A stretch of 64,000 bases of DNA from contig JAKMXF010000077.1 of the NCBI GenBank assembly GCA_024704765.1, positions 62,001 to 126,000 on the forward strand, written 5' to 3'. The notes beneath the pieces were generated by a model, which did no database searches, was not told the origin of the DNA, and saw only the letters and a list, made by a program, of their open reading frames with translations. Shown piece after piece: positions 37,584-52,800 of this stretch (its first letter is position 1; each line of letters opens with the position of its first letter). Source of the DNA: Oopsacas minuta. Taxonomy: Eukaryota; Animalia; Porifera. Both the position numbers and the translations under genes were made by a program.

Positions 37584-37823
37584 CTATACCATGTTGATGC
37601 CAAAAGTCAAAGGTTGTTGCAATAAGTCAAAAGTTCCTGACAAAGCCAAAACTAAGGACCTTTTACTTGATCTGTCACCACTGTTAAGGGTAATGTGAAT
37701 TATAAGAACAGCAAGAGTCATCTGGGATTGACCAGGTGGAAAGGGGGAAATTCCAGCCGTGAATTCATAATATGAGGGGGAAGTTGCGTACGTAGACCAA
37801 TAGTAAAGGGAAACATTGCACAA
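37584..37823 (-). pseudogene. Possible degraded Calx-beta domain exon (host-gene relic)
   Basis: ATSPSYYEFTAGISPFPPGQSQMTLAVLII...LVLALS resembles the Calx-beta pattern A....DY...SG...F.PG.....I.V.I.DD. The acidic calcium ligands are not conserved. Confidence 0.3.
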
Positions 37824-38239
37824 GATGTTGACATGAAGAACTGCCGAGTGTCATATTCCCGCATTCATTCCTAAATTTCGAATATGTTCCTCAAAACAAT
37901 TGAGGAATTCAAATTTGCCAGATACATTAAACGGCTAAGTCCAGCAATTAAGAAATGTTAATATATTCTCTACTAGCCAACTCGATTTGTAATTCCCATC
38001 ACAATATAAGCACATAAAACATTAAGAATATTCTGACTAAAATTCAGACAATCAACAATAGCATGCATGTTTAGAGATTCGTGTTATGAAAGAGAAGATC
38101 AAATTTAGTTAACACTTAGACAGGTAAAGTATGTCTACGTAATTTGTTCATTGTTTAATATTGGTGGTCTACTACATAGATGCAGATTCTACTGCTTCCA
38201 AACATATCATATTGATTCTTTACGTAGTAATATTTTCCG

Positions 38240-38960
38240 CTTGTATTGTATCAAGACTTCTCGCTTGTAATGTCACACAGCAATTTCCAGATACTGCTGA
38301 CTTCCAGCCAGTAGAGGGTAGCAATGTTTACTCAGTTGGGTTCAATAACTGGAAGAAGATAAAGAAAGGTTTCATGTGCATGAGCAATATCAAATAGATT
38401 GTCAACTTTATCAGAAGTATAGTGCTTTAGAACAACCTTCAGCAGTTACTCTCCTTAGTTACCAAACGCGAAGAGATCAAATAGAGAAGTGCCATATTCC
38501 AAGTTAACTTGCATGAAATATCTAATGGGCAAAGACTATCAGTATGGGGGCATGATGAAGTACACGGCAACCTCAGTCAGGTTCTGAATGTAAGACTAAG
38601 ACATCACCAATATATAAGAATTGGAAAATGATGGGGATATCAGACGCATGATAACAAAAATGAACGATTCAGCTAATTGCGAATCAGATTATACTGGGCC
38701 TTTTTGAAGAAATTGGAACTGCAGAATGCTATAGCCCAAATATTGAAGAAATTTATTTAGTCTTAAACTTCAAAAAGAGCGTGCATTTTAAATATTGGAT
38801 TATAATTTGCCTGATCATGTTGAGGCTAGACAGTGAATCACTTCGAAATATCTTGAGAACTTTAATATTTGGGTAAAAGCACACCCAGTGGGCCAAAGAA
38901 GCCCCAGTTTACGATAAACATTTTCTCTAATTGGCAGACTTATGATAAAATGGTTTTGCT
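38240..38960 (+). pseudogene. Degraded ZMYM1/DUF4371-type hAT transposase fragment
   Basis: GFNNWKK..., GQRLSVWGHDE..GNL (like RQGL.LRGHDE..GNF), GQTYD. Confidence 0.55.
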
Positions 38961-40780
38961 TTGTTGAATTTTGTCAGACTTTCATAAATTTTGTTATACA
39001 TTTCAGCAGTTTGGTAGAGATTTCACGAACATTGGGAGACTTTTTAACTATTTTGTAGAGTCAAATCTGGAAATCATGTTTGTTAGAAATTGTATATATA
39101 TAAGTCAAACATTGCATAAATTTTGTTAAACCAAAAAATTGAACTATCAATATACAATTTAGAAAGTGTTATTGGGGACTTTCAGGATAAGCGAATAAAG
39201 AATCTAGGATGATTCTGGTAAGTGGACTAAGTTCTTGATTAGATATGCTGTTAATATGCCTGATGAGAATAGTGCTTTGCGCTCTATCCAAGAATGTATA
39301 AACAGAAGGATCTACTAAACATCAATAACAGAGTATACATACTGCAAGCATAATGAGTGATTAATTCTATATTTAACATCCTTTACATCCTTTAATATTA
39401 GATAAATATGCTATCTCAGCGATGCGATTATGCCGGTAAACTGTGTCTCAAGGATTAGGGTTTCTCAAATAATTATTCAGTCGCAAAGACTTTTGACCAT
39501 CACTTTAGAAAGACCTTATTCAGAACAAATTCTGATTACATAATTCTATAAGCCAATTATACACCTAGTTACTCGAAAACGATGTGAGATAATTGAACCG
39601 TAAACTCAAGAGAATCAAACTAAGAGCACTGAAAGATAAAGAAACTTTACTGATTGGATTCACTAGAATATACGAATGTGTTAAAACGGAGTCGAAAGCT
39701 ATACAATAAGCGTCTGATATCAGGATTTCAGTTGATCGCGAAGGATGCAGTATATACCCACTAGTGTTTCATTCATTCTCTAAAATCAAAAGATTTAAGA
39801 TGTTTATACTGCTAATATGGTAAATATGATAATCCGAACGTCGCAAATCTGAACCCACGATAATCCGAAAAGAGAATAAATCTACTACAATGTTTGAAAA
39901 TGTTCCAAGATTTCAAAAATACCCAATTATGTTATATTCATATCTACAGGTGACATCTACATAATACAACATTGCATGTTGTGTGGGGGCACCAGCAAAT
40001 CCTGTTCACCAACTTGCATGAATGTTCTTTGAAGAATGTGACCCAGTTTCCAATTCTGATCTACAATTTTTCAATTGTATTATCTGTAAGTTAAATCTCG
40101 TTTGTTAGACCACACTGAAATGTTAATTTCCAAAAGAATTGAAGGAAGGGTTGATATAATTATGATCGGAATTTAGTTCAGTCATTATTAAAAGAGAAAA
40201 CTACACAAAATATTAAATATGGGATTACAGTATCTCCCTGAATAATAACCGAGGGCTAGAAAAGGCTTCTAGAATTATGAATAAACATATATCGCCACTC
40301 TACAAAAAGTCTTTCAATGCAACTTAAACCCATATGATTAGCAACAAATCTAAATAGCTTGAATCTTAATCCTTTACAATATTGTAAAAAAGTTAACACT
40401 AAAAGAATAAGTGGTGACGGGTTATCCTAAATATATTCGCTAGCTGAAGTTGTAAGAACAACTTTGAATAATATAAGGAAAAATGATGTTACAGTGAATT
40501 GTGCGTTGTCAAACAGAAGGGAAAGGATCAGTGGCAGCGCCAGCACATTTGAACACGATAGGGGAGGAAGGTAAAATATCAACCCTATGTAATCCCATAC
40601 TCAAAACTAAAACTCGAAATTACAATCAAATATATCTTATGTCTACTGCCTAATTCGATCTCTCTAAGTGAATTACTGATACAAGCTAATGAAATATAAT
40701 GTAAGAGAATTGCATTTAATATACACAAAATATCAAAGTGTTAATATATTGTAATTAATTGAATAACTAGTAAGTGTCAC

Positions 40781-43738
40781 CAGGGTTGTATCAACTCATT
40801 TTATTGAATAAGTTGAATGAGTTGGTAACCCTCAAATGAATGAGTTGAATGAGTTGAAATGAGTTCAACTGATTTTACGCATATTTATCTTTCGGTTAAT
40901 TATGTTAATGATCTCTGATATGGTAATAGTAGATTGTCTTATGAAGAAAAACCATAGTTGATTCCAGCCATTCAATGTATATCAGACTGCATTTATAATC
41001 CTAATTATACATAGTGTAACAGAATTTGAAAGATTGAGTTATTGGTCAACCATACTCAGGTAATTACTCACTACCTTGGCCTCAAATGAAATTTTTGTTC
41101 ACTGACATTAAGTTAATCTAATTCATCTTTCTGACTTTAAGTTAATCTCATTCATCCTGAGATTCTTGACTCATTTTTGACTTAATTATTTCATATACGT
41201 ACGTATTAGCATATTGTCTAATGGCAGATGAAACTCCCTTCTCGAATGATGATAACGATTCACCTATAAATTCTACTCCTTCCTTGGTTGAATCAAATTC
41301 CGATAATTTTGTCATATCTTCAAAACAAGTTGATGTGGATACTATCTCGCTAGATTCAGATTTCATCCTAAGTGATGTTCTAACTAATAAGCACAAATCT
41401 AGACCAGCTTGGTATGATAGGTTGTTTAAACCTGTGAACGAGTAGACCATGCGCAAGCATAGATGTGTTGAATGTGGCTGGATAGGTATGGCTCTACCCA
41501 ATTCCTTACACAATCTGAAACGCCACTATGAAAGTCTCACAAAATACAAAACATGTAAAGATAGATATTTGACGTGGATAAAAGAACGAGAACTCTTACA
41601 ACCTGCACTAGAAGCAGTCATTAAGGGAGAGACAAAGAAAATGTCATCTGAATCCCAAGAGAAAATTGATAAATTGTTAGCTGAGTTTATCATAGCTTCC
41701 GAATTGCCACTTAGGCTAGTTGAACTTCGGGAATTTCTAAATTTGCTTAACGAGTTGAATGCAAGATACAAGGTGCCTTATAGACGCAAATTAAAAGATT
41801 CCCTCTTGACACCGATGCTCAAAGATAGTAGAAATGAATTATCTAGTCAATTAGACAAATGTCCATATGCTTCACTAACTATTGATGGGTGGTCAAGTAG
41901 AGGACAACTAAGTATGTTAAGTTTAGTTGTAAATTTCATTAATCAAATGGAATGATGAGGAGCGAACTCTTAACTATCACGTTATTTAATGGAAAACATA
42001 CGGGGGAACGGATCGCAGAGTTTACTCAACACGCTGCAAGAGAATGGAATTTAGAACATAAGATTGTCCGTGTTGGATCAGATAACGCTGCTAATATGAA
42101 AAAAAGCTTTCGATACCGTTTTAGAAATTGAACATGAACTTGTAGAAATTGATATTGATGAAGGCAAGGATGAACAAGAACCAATTGATAAAATGATATT
42201 GAGTGACGCCCGAATCAGTACTTTTGAATTTCTTTCAGATACGAATCTTAACTCTTTAACCTCAAAGCTTCGTGCAGCAGGTTTATTGCCTCTTTGGGGT
42301 AGATGTGTTTGTCATCTAATACAACTATCTGTGCATGACTTCATCCAAAAACAATTAAGATCACACGGAAGTGTAAACAAAATCATCATCAAGGCAACTC
42401 AGTTTGTAAATTGCTCACGAAAATCGATTCAATGCGGAGAAATATTCCTGAAATACAAATTTACTCTGGGCGCCATGAATCAAACACGATGGGATTCAAT
42501 GTATAAGATGCTCAAAAGCATCTTAGATGCAGAAACTAAGGGATGTCTTAAATTTCTACCATCCTTAAAGTATCCAATTCCTAAGAATTATGAATTAGCT
42601 ATACTAAGAGAGGTAGTTGATGTACTAGAGCCGATCCATTTATTCACTCTTGAATTTGAATCAAGTTTGGGAACTAGTGGAATGGTAATCCCAGGATTAG
42701 AATCATTATATGATCATTTGAATTCAATTGATTCGGACCACGATAGTATGTCTCAGATAATGTTACGCTTAGCCCAAGAACGATTTTCAGAAGTAGCTCA
42801 AGATCACTTCATGATCATAGCCAACTGTGTTGATCCAAGATTCGCAACTAAGGCGCTATTCAAACAGAGCTCGTTGGAAATTTTGAAATAGGTGATGAAT
42901 ATTATTATACACCATGAACGGCAGTTATATCCACTTACTTATCCTGTGAAACAAAAGCCTCCTTTAAAGAGAAAATGTCTCTTTGATAATCTACCAAATT
43001 CTGAAGCGGTTCGTGCCTCGGATATGGATATAGAAGTTATTGAAAATGAGCTGTTTATCTTTAAATCAGAGGCACGTTTGGTAAATCAAATAACCGAACT
43101 GACCCAACCAATTGGTGGCAGAGGAATCAGAATAGAATGCCATTTTTATCCCGAATTGCTGAAATTTATTTATTACCAACCCCATCAATTGCTGAAAATG
43201 AGCGAGTCTTCAGTATTGCAGGACGGATTTGTCGACCTCATCGAGCTACTTTAGAAATATCTACTCTGGAGATGTTCGTTACCCTAAAGTATAGGTTACA
43301 ACGTCAGAAGAGTGCGATGACTAATACTACTAATACTTCACCTATTCGAGTGTATTTATGAGTTGATTATCTTGACTCTTAGCCTATATTTCTCTCTAAT
43401 TATAATCTATTTTACTGATAAAAATCACTTTCAGCCATATCACCAGGGTTGGGAGTCGGGACTTTTACTAGTTTGATGCGTATTACATCACGCCTTTATT
43501 AACTCATTATATTAAATGAGTTGAATGAGTTGAAATGAGTTGAAATGAGTTGAATGAGTTGAATGAATTGAATAAGTTGAAATGAGTTAGTTACATAAGC
43601 TAGATGAAATAAATGAGTTGAATGAGTTGATTACATCCAAATGAATGAGTTGAATGAGTTGGTGCGATAAAAATGAATGAGTTGGTAAAAAAAAAATGAA
43701 TTGATTTTGCCAACTCAAAATGAGTTGATACAGCCCTG
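40781..43738 (+). mobile_element. hAT (Ac/ZBED-like) transposon, 2958 bp, both ends intact
   Basis: 22-bp TIRs CAGGG(T/C)TGTATCAACTCATTTT. Perfect 8-bp TSD AGTGTCAC. Subterminal (G)AATGAGTTG arrays at both ends. Confidence 0.95.
41221..43361 (+). pseudogene. BED-finger hAT transposase, disrupted
   Basis: CVEC...LKRH, TIDGWSS, SDNAANM, CVCHLIQL, TRWDS, NERVFSIAG. At least three stops plus frameshifts. Confidence 0.92.
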
Positions 43739-46333
43739 AGTGTCACTATATCATAGAGACGCCTCTCCAAAAAATTAAACTCAAAAATAGAGACAAAATT
43801 TAGGTATCCTTTGATTCGTAAAATGAAATAGAATAAATGAAAATTTTCATAGATAGAATACATCAATTCTACTGCTGAAAGGTTGGTATATACTAAGTAC
43901 CCAGCAACAATGGATGATTCGAGCAATCCACATTTCGAGCAACCTGGGTAGAGTAAATGTGCGAGCAAACTGGGTTGGTCAAAGCTCAGTTTGGATGACT
44001 ATGAACATAATAGGTCCCATGTTAGAAATAAACATAGCAGAATGTACGTATAAGGGGATCCAAAAGTTCTGCAATAAAATTCAAGTATTAAATATTACGT
44101 TGAGAGTGTGGATATATATTATTAAATGATTCCCAATAACTACTTAGTATCTCTAATATAAATATAATACTAAATACAGAGGTTTTGGGGAGTCAACCTG
44201 CTCAAATTGTTTGACTTGGGATGGGATCGACATCGTGACTCTGACGTTCTGACGCAATATAAAGTATACACTAAAGTATTGAGTATTATGATTTTCTTCT
44301 ATGCTCCAAGGTTCTCGTGAGAAGACAAGATATTTTCTGAATCAAGAATAGTGAGGTTCTCAAAATCTTGATGCTTAGTAGAACTGTCTAAAATAGTAAG
44401 ATGATTCATATTTTCAGTCGTGGTTCATGTGACAATTGCGAACCGAAGTCTTTAGAAATCAGATATTGGAGCAGATGAATTGGGAATTGAAGCTCTGCCA
44501 GCGAGGTGTATGCTTGGAAGTGTATTTATGTAAATCACATTGGATATGATATTACGTAAAAAGAACATTACGTATCATCGTATCTATGGTGATTTACAAA
44601 TATCTGCATTGTGGGATCGTCTATTAATCAAACCTAACAATCCAATTAATGCATAATGGGGATAAATACTAGTCGTCATAATTTTGGAAAGATTCAGACT
44701 GAGAAAATCTCTCATTCAATTTTACCTGTGAGTGACCATAAATCAAATCACACTCAAAGCAAGTAATAATATCTGAAAACCTTAACCAACAAAGTTTAAT
44801 AGTTAATTTGAGATATGCTATCTTTGAGGTTACAAAAGTTCGGAGTAAGTCCAGAATATGCAATTGGGGAAATTTTGTGTTGTTGAAGTACCTTTGCCCG
44901 GTTAGTCCATATGTATACGTATATACTTATATATATGTTGCAGACGGAATGCGTTTCCAGGAGAACATGATTCGCTTAGGCTAATTGCGTTCTTACAAGG
45001 TCATGGTTGATTTAAATGCTCCATTACGAAACGTTCGAACTGATTCACTGGCGAATACACATGTAGATACAAAAACACATAGTTGTCAAGTCTAAAATAC
45101 CTAATTTGGGCTCATTAAGAAACATTATTAAATTCATTTATAATTTTGATTAAATTTTTCTGAGGATATTCCTTCGATGGCATATCTTCACTCAAATTTG
45201 TTGATACGTGCCAATGTACGATAAGTATTAACCTTCTTGTATGGCCTTAATATTTAGTAAACTAAGTGCAGGATTCACTAATCACAATATATTTAGATAG
45301 ATAGATATGTATATATAATACAGTAAACGTGGATAAAAGAACACTGGTTATAAGAACTGGGTGTTTGTAAGAACTCTAGCTCGATTAACCGAATCTTCTA
45401 TATTCTAATCCATTGATGTTTTTGCGGAATATAACAAGCAATCTATGCCGGTTATTTGGACATACAGAATATACTTACCTTCTACTGGAACACACTTGCC
45501 ATATACCCCTATACAATTTGTGTCCAATATAAAAACAAAGGTTAAGAAACAAACCAAATTATTCAACAATCTCTGATAGAGGTCCTCATGTCTTAATATA
45601 TAATTTAACCTGCAATACGATAACTTCAGCTATATGAATAATTTTGTTATCCCCTAAAGTGTCGCTACAAACGATTGCGTCCTTATCAACTGTTGACGTT
45701 AAACATGAAAAACTTAGTGACAATTATCAAGTGGAATATTTCCTTACAGTTTTAAGTCTTTAGAAGTATTAACGTTCTTTCGCTAGGGAAAATTGTATTA
45801 ATGTGAATATTTCGTAGTGGAGCATGTGAACCAACCATAATACTGTAAGAAAGTACTTCGCTTAGGCGAAACCAATATCGCCTGCAACATTATGCGATAG
45901 GCGTTGGTATTTTAGGAAATATTTCAAGAAACATTAAGACTACTAAGACTGAGTTGGCATAGGGGTATGATTTGGACCTGACTCACAAAATACGAGAAAT
46001 GAAATAATTCCAAACAATTGCAAAATTATGACATATTTGTCACCTTTTTGGACTTTCGAATAACCACATTTTTAGCAACTGATTAGTCAATATACAAGAT
46101 AGATGCTTGAGTGGATCCACACTCAGACCTCGGAATGAACGACATAAGAGACTATTGAAGAGGGTCAAGTCGTTCGTACATAGGAGTGCTAGAATTTACA
46201 ATAAGAATGTTTAGAGAAATATACCTTTCTATATTGAAATTATCATAGCAAACACTGGATACACTTGAAGTAATTAAGTCCAAGTTCTGCCCAATTTCGG
46301 TCTGAAAAGTAATCTACAAAGAAGACACATTCA

Positions 46334-46800
46334 ATGAAATTGAGATCCAAATTTTTGAATGCGAGTAATATGTTTAGGCTAGCGGAGTGTCTTCGAACAG
46401 TCAGAGTTGACTCTAAGGAACATTCAATAATCATGACCAAAGCTATTGAGCTCGATGAAATCATTTCCACAGGATATAGCCACCGAAATCAAAGCTCCGG
46501 CACTCAAGGAAAGAACTTTGCCAATTCGTCACATAAACGAACAGTATTTGAAGGTATGTGTTTAACAGCAGAAGTGGGATGGTTCTCAAATGGAAAGTGT
46601 CCTAGTCTCTTCTACAGAGTCTTCGATACCATTTTGGAACTCTTAGGGGTGAAAAATCGTGCAGTATGCGGAATGTCCGCGCTGAGAAATCTGATCAAGC
46701 TTACTTAACTCACATTTATGACAAGTTCAACGCAATGAACTGCAACTAAAAGGCAATGTCGTCACTCTCGTTGATTGACAAAACGTTGTCGTCTCCTCCA
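46334..46800 (+). pseudogene. Degraded Buster-like hAT fragment
   Basis: AEVGWFSNGKC..FYRVFDTI (like EVRWLSKG.CL.RF..LFDT), followed by AYLTHIYDKFN..N.QLKG in another frame. Confidence 0.55.
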
Positions 46801-49800
46801 TTTTGAAACTAACACTGCATAAAATATATATCGGTAGAAGAGAATTTTACAAGTATCCCTAGTTAGCTGAACTTGAATTTCAGACGACAATTTGGAGGCA
46901 GGATAGAGAGTAAACAGTTTTCATAGCGCGCTGGCTGAAATATGTTTGACAAACACATTTCTACATTGTGCTGACAAAGTATTAGAATATTGTGATAATT
47001 AGATAGTTTATAGACACTTTTACTCATGAAGAATGTAGATAATAAGCTAATACATTGTTCAAGTACAATTGCACAATGGCACTTTTGACACATTTAAGAT
47101 TTCATACATTTAGTAAAGAAAATGGAAACTAGCAAAGTTAAATAATTTTTTTCAGTTATAACATCTTTTGAAAAACAAAATACAACAGTGTCGCCTAAAA
47201 GGAATTCAGTGGTTAGTACCCTAGAATTTTGACATTTATAGACGGTACAAACACACGGAATTATATCTAAAATGTTTGATCTCTAGGATACCTTCACGAA
47301 TATATAACGATTGACCATTCTCACTCGAATTTATGGTTGTACCCACCAGGAATTTATCCAACACTCCCTATCAGAATTATTTCCCAAAGGTCAGAGGGAA
47401 CGCTGGCATTCAAGTCCTTTTGTTTGCATGCCCATATTGATTGAAGAAATTGAAGACCTCCGTAGTTGATATTGTTCAGGAAAAAATTTCACAACAATCA
47501 ATAAATTAAACTCTAATTGCAACCATATTGGAAATATCACATTATTAGCCACTTCTCAGCGAATAACATGTTAGATAGTTGAAATTTCAATTACAGGTAT
47601 TCCTCAATATGCCAAGTTTCCTGACATCATCACTTTGACCAAATAAATCACTTAATTAAACTATTACGTCAGTGGCGTAACTTGGAGTTGATCGTGGGGG
47701 TGCCAGGCACCACCGGCATCCTTAAAGTTTAAGCCTTTGTATTAAGTGATAATAATCGTACAAAAGTTAACGGAGGTACCCGAGATTAGTAAGAAAAGCT
47801 ACATAGTAGCTCTAGTATTCCAGAGAAGAAATCAAACGAAATTTGTAATTTGGATGGACTATGGATAATTAAATTCTTAAATGTCTGTTATTTTAAGCAC
47901 TCAAGGAAAAAAGTGCAGAGTATACCCCATTACTAGCCGAAAATGAACTAATAACTTGAGCTGTTTAATGTTTAAGTAAACACGAGGACTAAGCTTTCCT
48001 TTAGCGGCCTAGCAAGCGAAGCCAGTTAGTATTAATTAGTTTCAAGTCATATAAAGTGTTCGTATTATGAGCATGATTTTGGTAACTAGTTGGTTCACAA
48101 TAAGTCAACCGGAAAGTATTCAGTATAAGATAAGCTGGATAAGTAAATACATGTCACTGGAAATTAAAATATGAAATTGGTCATTTTATGTCGGAAATAT
48201 TTGGAGGCGCTTGTGTATTTCGGATATTCATGTTGGCAATCGTCCGAAAGTTAAGTATTTGCATTAGTTCACATTCATTGGTTCAAATGCACTTTTGTTT
48301 GGTATTAATCCGAAAGAATATATAGGTATAATGCCATTAGTTCTAATGAATATTGAAGTACTTAAATCCATAATATTTGTAAGAAGTCATACAATAACAG
48401 TTACTAAGTCAACATTCGAAATACAATTTGTAAAAATCCAAATTTAAATATCTCACACTGAATAATGTAGTCAATTATATTTACTAAACACGTATGCATC
48501 GTGTGACATAGAGCTAAGGCCTGAATATTCTTACATGTGGGATAGGTGACTAAAATGAGCATTGTTTCGTAAATCGAATTTCGTACTAATTCAAAAAAAA
48601 TATTTTCCAGCAATGCTGGAGGCCCGAGATCAGATGGATTTTCTGACGGTGACAATAGTACGTAAGGTAGATATTCGAAACGAAATTATTCTCAGTAAAA
48701 CATCATCCATTAAGGTATTTGCACTCCTTATTTCAAATCGGATGATAAAAGCGTTAGAGTAAACTGAAATAGAGTAGAAAAACATATATGACCTCTTATC
48801 TACTACCTCGTATAAATTCGCTAGTTAGCAATTCGGGCATGGCCTACTTTATACACTGCTAGCCAAGCAAAGAACTGCCAAAATACCATCTAGATTGAAT
48901 ATATTCTATTTGACCATGAAGGATTGTAGGTATCATTACAACTTCAACTGTAAATAGGATTCAATATACGACGAGACTTCTAGAATACTTTTGAACCTGC
49001 TTTCAAAGATAATTTAACCACAATGACGCAATCCAAGTTCATGCCCATAGATGGAAATTTTGTACATTTTTATCACAATACCTTCTGCTTGTTAAATGTT
49101 CGTTTAAGTAACCAAAGGATGATCTTTATATGCATAAATACTTGTGAGATAATCATTTTAGTGATATTCGCCCTAAATTAACATTAAAATGTTAATCCTA
49201 GAAAATCGAAGAAATTCCATAAAAAATGTATGCACATACAAAATAAGCAATAATTGTTAACCATTTGTATAAATTATTTAATTAAGTTTTTCTTTTGTGT
49301 CGTTGTGATAATTTAATACGAATCATGATTCATTTAATGAGATTTGTGGGTTTTCGATAATATTGGTATATATTAGTAAAATAATTACCAATATTGAAGG
49401 CGAACTTTGGTTACGTCATTGTGGTTAAACTTACCTGAAAAGCGAGTTCAAAGGTATTCTAGATGTCTCCACTGTATGTCGAAACCTCTATGCAGTTGAT
49501 TTTGTCATGATAACTGCAATTCTTTAGGATCTAAGAGAATTTAATCAATGACCTGGAAATTATTATGGCAATTCCTAGCTTTCTAGCCGTGTATTAGTAG
49601 GCCATACAATTTGGATAAGCATAAAATGCTGGCACAAGGCTATGGTGGATATATTATATTATAGGTTGTGAACTAAATTCTGTCGAGTTAGTAGCTGTTA
49701 CAGGTAGACTGGTTCCCGATTCGTAGAATTTATGCAGCATCAATACTAATGCTAACATAAATTCATTCGAAATATTGCTAACATCAAAATGGATTGGAAC

Positions 49801-52800
49801 TAATGAAGATATTATACATTATGTATGTAACACTAACCGAGAAAAAATTATTCCAACACAACTAATTGTACGGTTACATATAAATGCTAGTAAGTCAAAG
49901 GGATATGCTCCACCCAATTCGAAACTTTCATACTAGGGGGAGTACAGACCCTTAGAAATCAAAAATACTATCAGAATTGTTCTATCTGACTGAAATTTTG
50001 TGCAATTAGGAATGGATTATGTAATTAGCTATTTAATGAGCGTTGTGTGGCTATAAAATATCAAATTATAAATACTTTTAGGGATGTAGCCAGGATAGTC
50101 ACAACAAAAAGATTCACTAACTTCTTTCAGGTATATTTCGTTTGGGGATTCAAAAATTCACTGTACAATCAGGATATGTAATTGTTCATTTGGTTGTGTC
50201 GAAATACCTATGCTCGGTTAGTGTATATATATTTGTTTATTCGCAATGGATTGACGAAACTGGAAGACCAAGTGTGCCAAATCTTTGACAGCTGGAGTAT
50301 CTTTTCTCAGACTTGGAGAAGCTAAAATATTGAAAGAAAATTCATACTAATGACAAGATATTATATTGTCATGCCACCATTGATTGTTGAAAACTAATAT
50401 ACCATGTATGTATATTCTTAGTCAGCAAACATCGCGAAATATGTAAAGATAATCATTTAGAAATATATACATACGAGCCTGGGCTCGTGACTTTGCGATG
50501 AAGTCGGCGAATTGCGCTTCGATGTACACACTTATTCTCCAAATTGACGGCCACTTTGAGTACTATATTATAGATATATTTAGAACAATGTAATTCACCA
50601 ATAGAAGTATATGGCATATAAATTCTTGAATATTTGTAGACGTTGAGATCAGGTATCTAAGTAAATTTTGAATTTAGTATTTCGCTTACTTTATATTAAT
50701 AAAGCAACAATAAATTAACATACTATGATTAATCCAAAAGTGTAAAATCGGATTCAGCACGTTCGATATAATTAGTGACGTTTTATTGAATTCCATTTAC
50801 TTCCTAGATAAACACGATAAATACATAGTAATGCAACAGCTTCAAAATTAGATACATTTATCCTTTCCTGACAACGAACAAACAAACAGAAAGACAAACA
50901 GAGAAACCAACAACAATTGAGATATAATATTATAGATATAGATAACAATATCAATAACTTGTTTCCTCAATGCCAATCCTGTTTCTGAAATCTTCAATAA
51001 AAAATTACTGCCCATACTAAAATATATCAATGTACTTCCCAGCTTTACTTAGGGCTTATTTAACAGTGTGGTAGTTTCGATTTCGAAAGGCATTTGCCAA
51101 AGTAACCCTCAAATGTTTAAAAATATTTTACATTTTATAGCAGTTCTCATAATCTTCGCGAATGATAACATAGCAATCTTTCTAAAATATACAGTTTGAT
51201 ACTCATTACGGTATAATATCAAATGTGTACATATGTATGCTAAATATTTCTAGAATTGTTTAAGGTTTCGTTCTGTGATCACTCCTTTTCATTCAATAAT
51301 TAAGACCTTCATCAGTTACTTCTCATTCTTATGTAAATCTTTTGCCGTTAACACATTCTTGTCCTATTCCGATGATAGTATCGATTAAATACAAAGTAAA
51401 AGAATCAAGGTCAAACAAAAATTAACAGTGGGCGAAGAATACAAAAACATTAAAGAATAAGGTTAAATTATGTCCAATAATAATCACCATAAACCAAGGC
51501 CTAAGTATTTTCGATGCTCACATTCACATTTCCTCATATACTTGTCAATGAAGTCAACATTCTTCGAGTGCCCCAACTTTGGCATATACCTTATGCATCT
51601 ATGATTTGTAATCGAATTAGTAAAACTCGACGCATAACTGACGTTTAAGTTGGAAAATTTAAACACCCTCACTACTGACAACTTCAACTGCTACATTCTA
51701 AAGTGCTAAGACTTCAATGAATAACGATTAAATATCTTGCTGAATTTGTTCCATTACTTCAAATATCACAATAAGTAAACATGCAGTAAGCTATTTAGGT
51801 AATACTGTATATTCAAATATATATTGCATTTTTGAAATTGTACCCTCACAGTCCACCCCTTCGGTAAATGCTAAACCCGTCTATTCCAAACCTTCCGATT
51901 ATTCAGTTCCCTGTCAAATAGATCAGGGTATCCACTTCCAATATCTCTGAGGTAACCCACAAGAGCATTCCTTTTCAAGGAGTGAAACTGTTTTAAGAAT
52001 TCCCTCATTTGTATATTAAAATATAGTTAAATTTCTAAGTTAAACTTCAGTAGCCGAAAATAACTTGAAGGTAGAGCTCCCCCAGCACTGAACGACTCTA
52101 CCCACATAATACGTTTTTTGGATGCAGAAAGAAATTTGTTCAGATGTTATATATTGAGTCCAAAATGTTAAGACCGAGTTTGCGAAGTATGGCACTGAAG
52201 TGGATCAAATAGAATTTCTACTTAGGACGGTCTATAGGCTAGAGAGCAGGCCTAACTCCCTGGAGGGGGGTATGAGGTGATAACTCGCAATTTTTGCATA
52301 ACTGGTCGGAAACTACGAGGCTGTGAGTAAACCAAGTCTGCTGAGGTGGCCTTTGCATGACAGTGACCTGTGCCTGGGAATATGATGCTAATTAAGCAAT
52401 GATCTTCAAGATCAGTGATGTTTTTCTCATCCAATATAATTTTAGGAACATTCCTTTGCTTTTCGATTGGGCTAAATGTCGCAATACCAGATTGACTTCA
52501 TTAGATGGGTAATTATTCTATGGTTGGATTTTAACTGGCTTTACTGTAAGAAAAATCACATACGATAAAGCTGGAGAAATATTTGTATAATTATTTCCAA
52601 GCTTAAATTCTAAATATAATGTTAATTGGGGAAAATATCGATGACATATTACCACACTCTTATGTTGTTATGAAAAGCATTCTGAAAAAATTTCAATATT
52701 CTGAAAGAGATAAATAATAGAGGTACCGAAATTAGGAAAATAATTTAGGTGCCGTTACCGACACTGTACCCAGTTCATAAAAATAAAATACATATACTAG

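Noticed and set aside
43444-43465. Internal CAGGGTTG matching the hAT left TIR start
   Set aside because: The match ends after 12 bp including flank. No partner end or TSD.
43515-43730. AATGAGTTG arrays (and GCGGAT arrays at 63370-63480) as CRISPR or satellite
   Set aside because: Short motifs without unique spacers, lying inside TIR/TSD-bounded hAT elements. They are subterminal repeats.
47925-48035. GCGAAGCCAGTTAGT, Helitron-like 3' end
   Set aside because: No clear hairpin, no canonical CTAG terminus and no matching 5' end.
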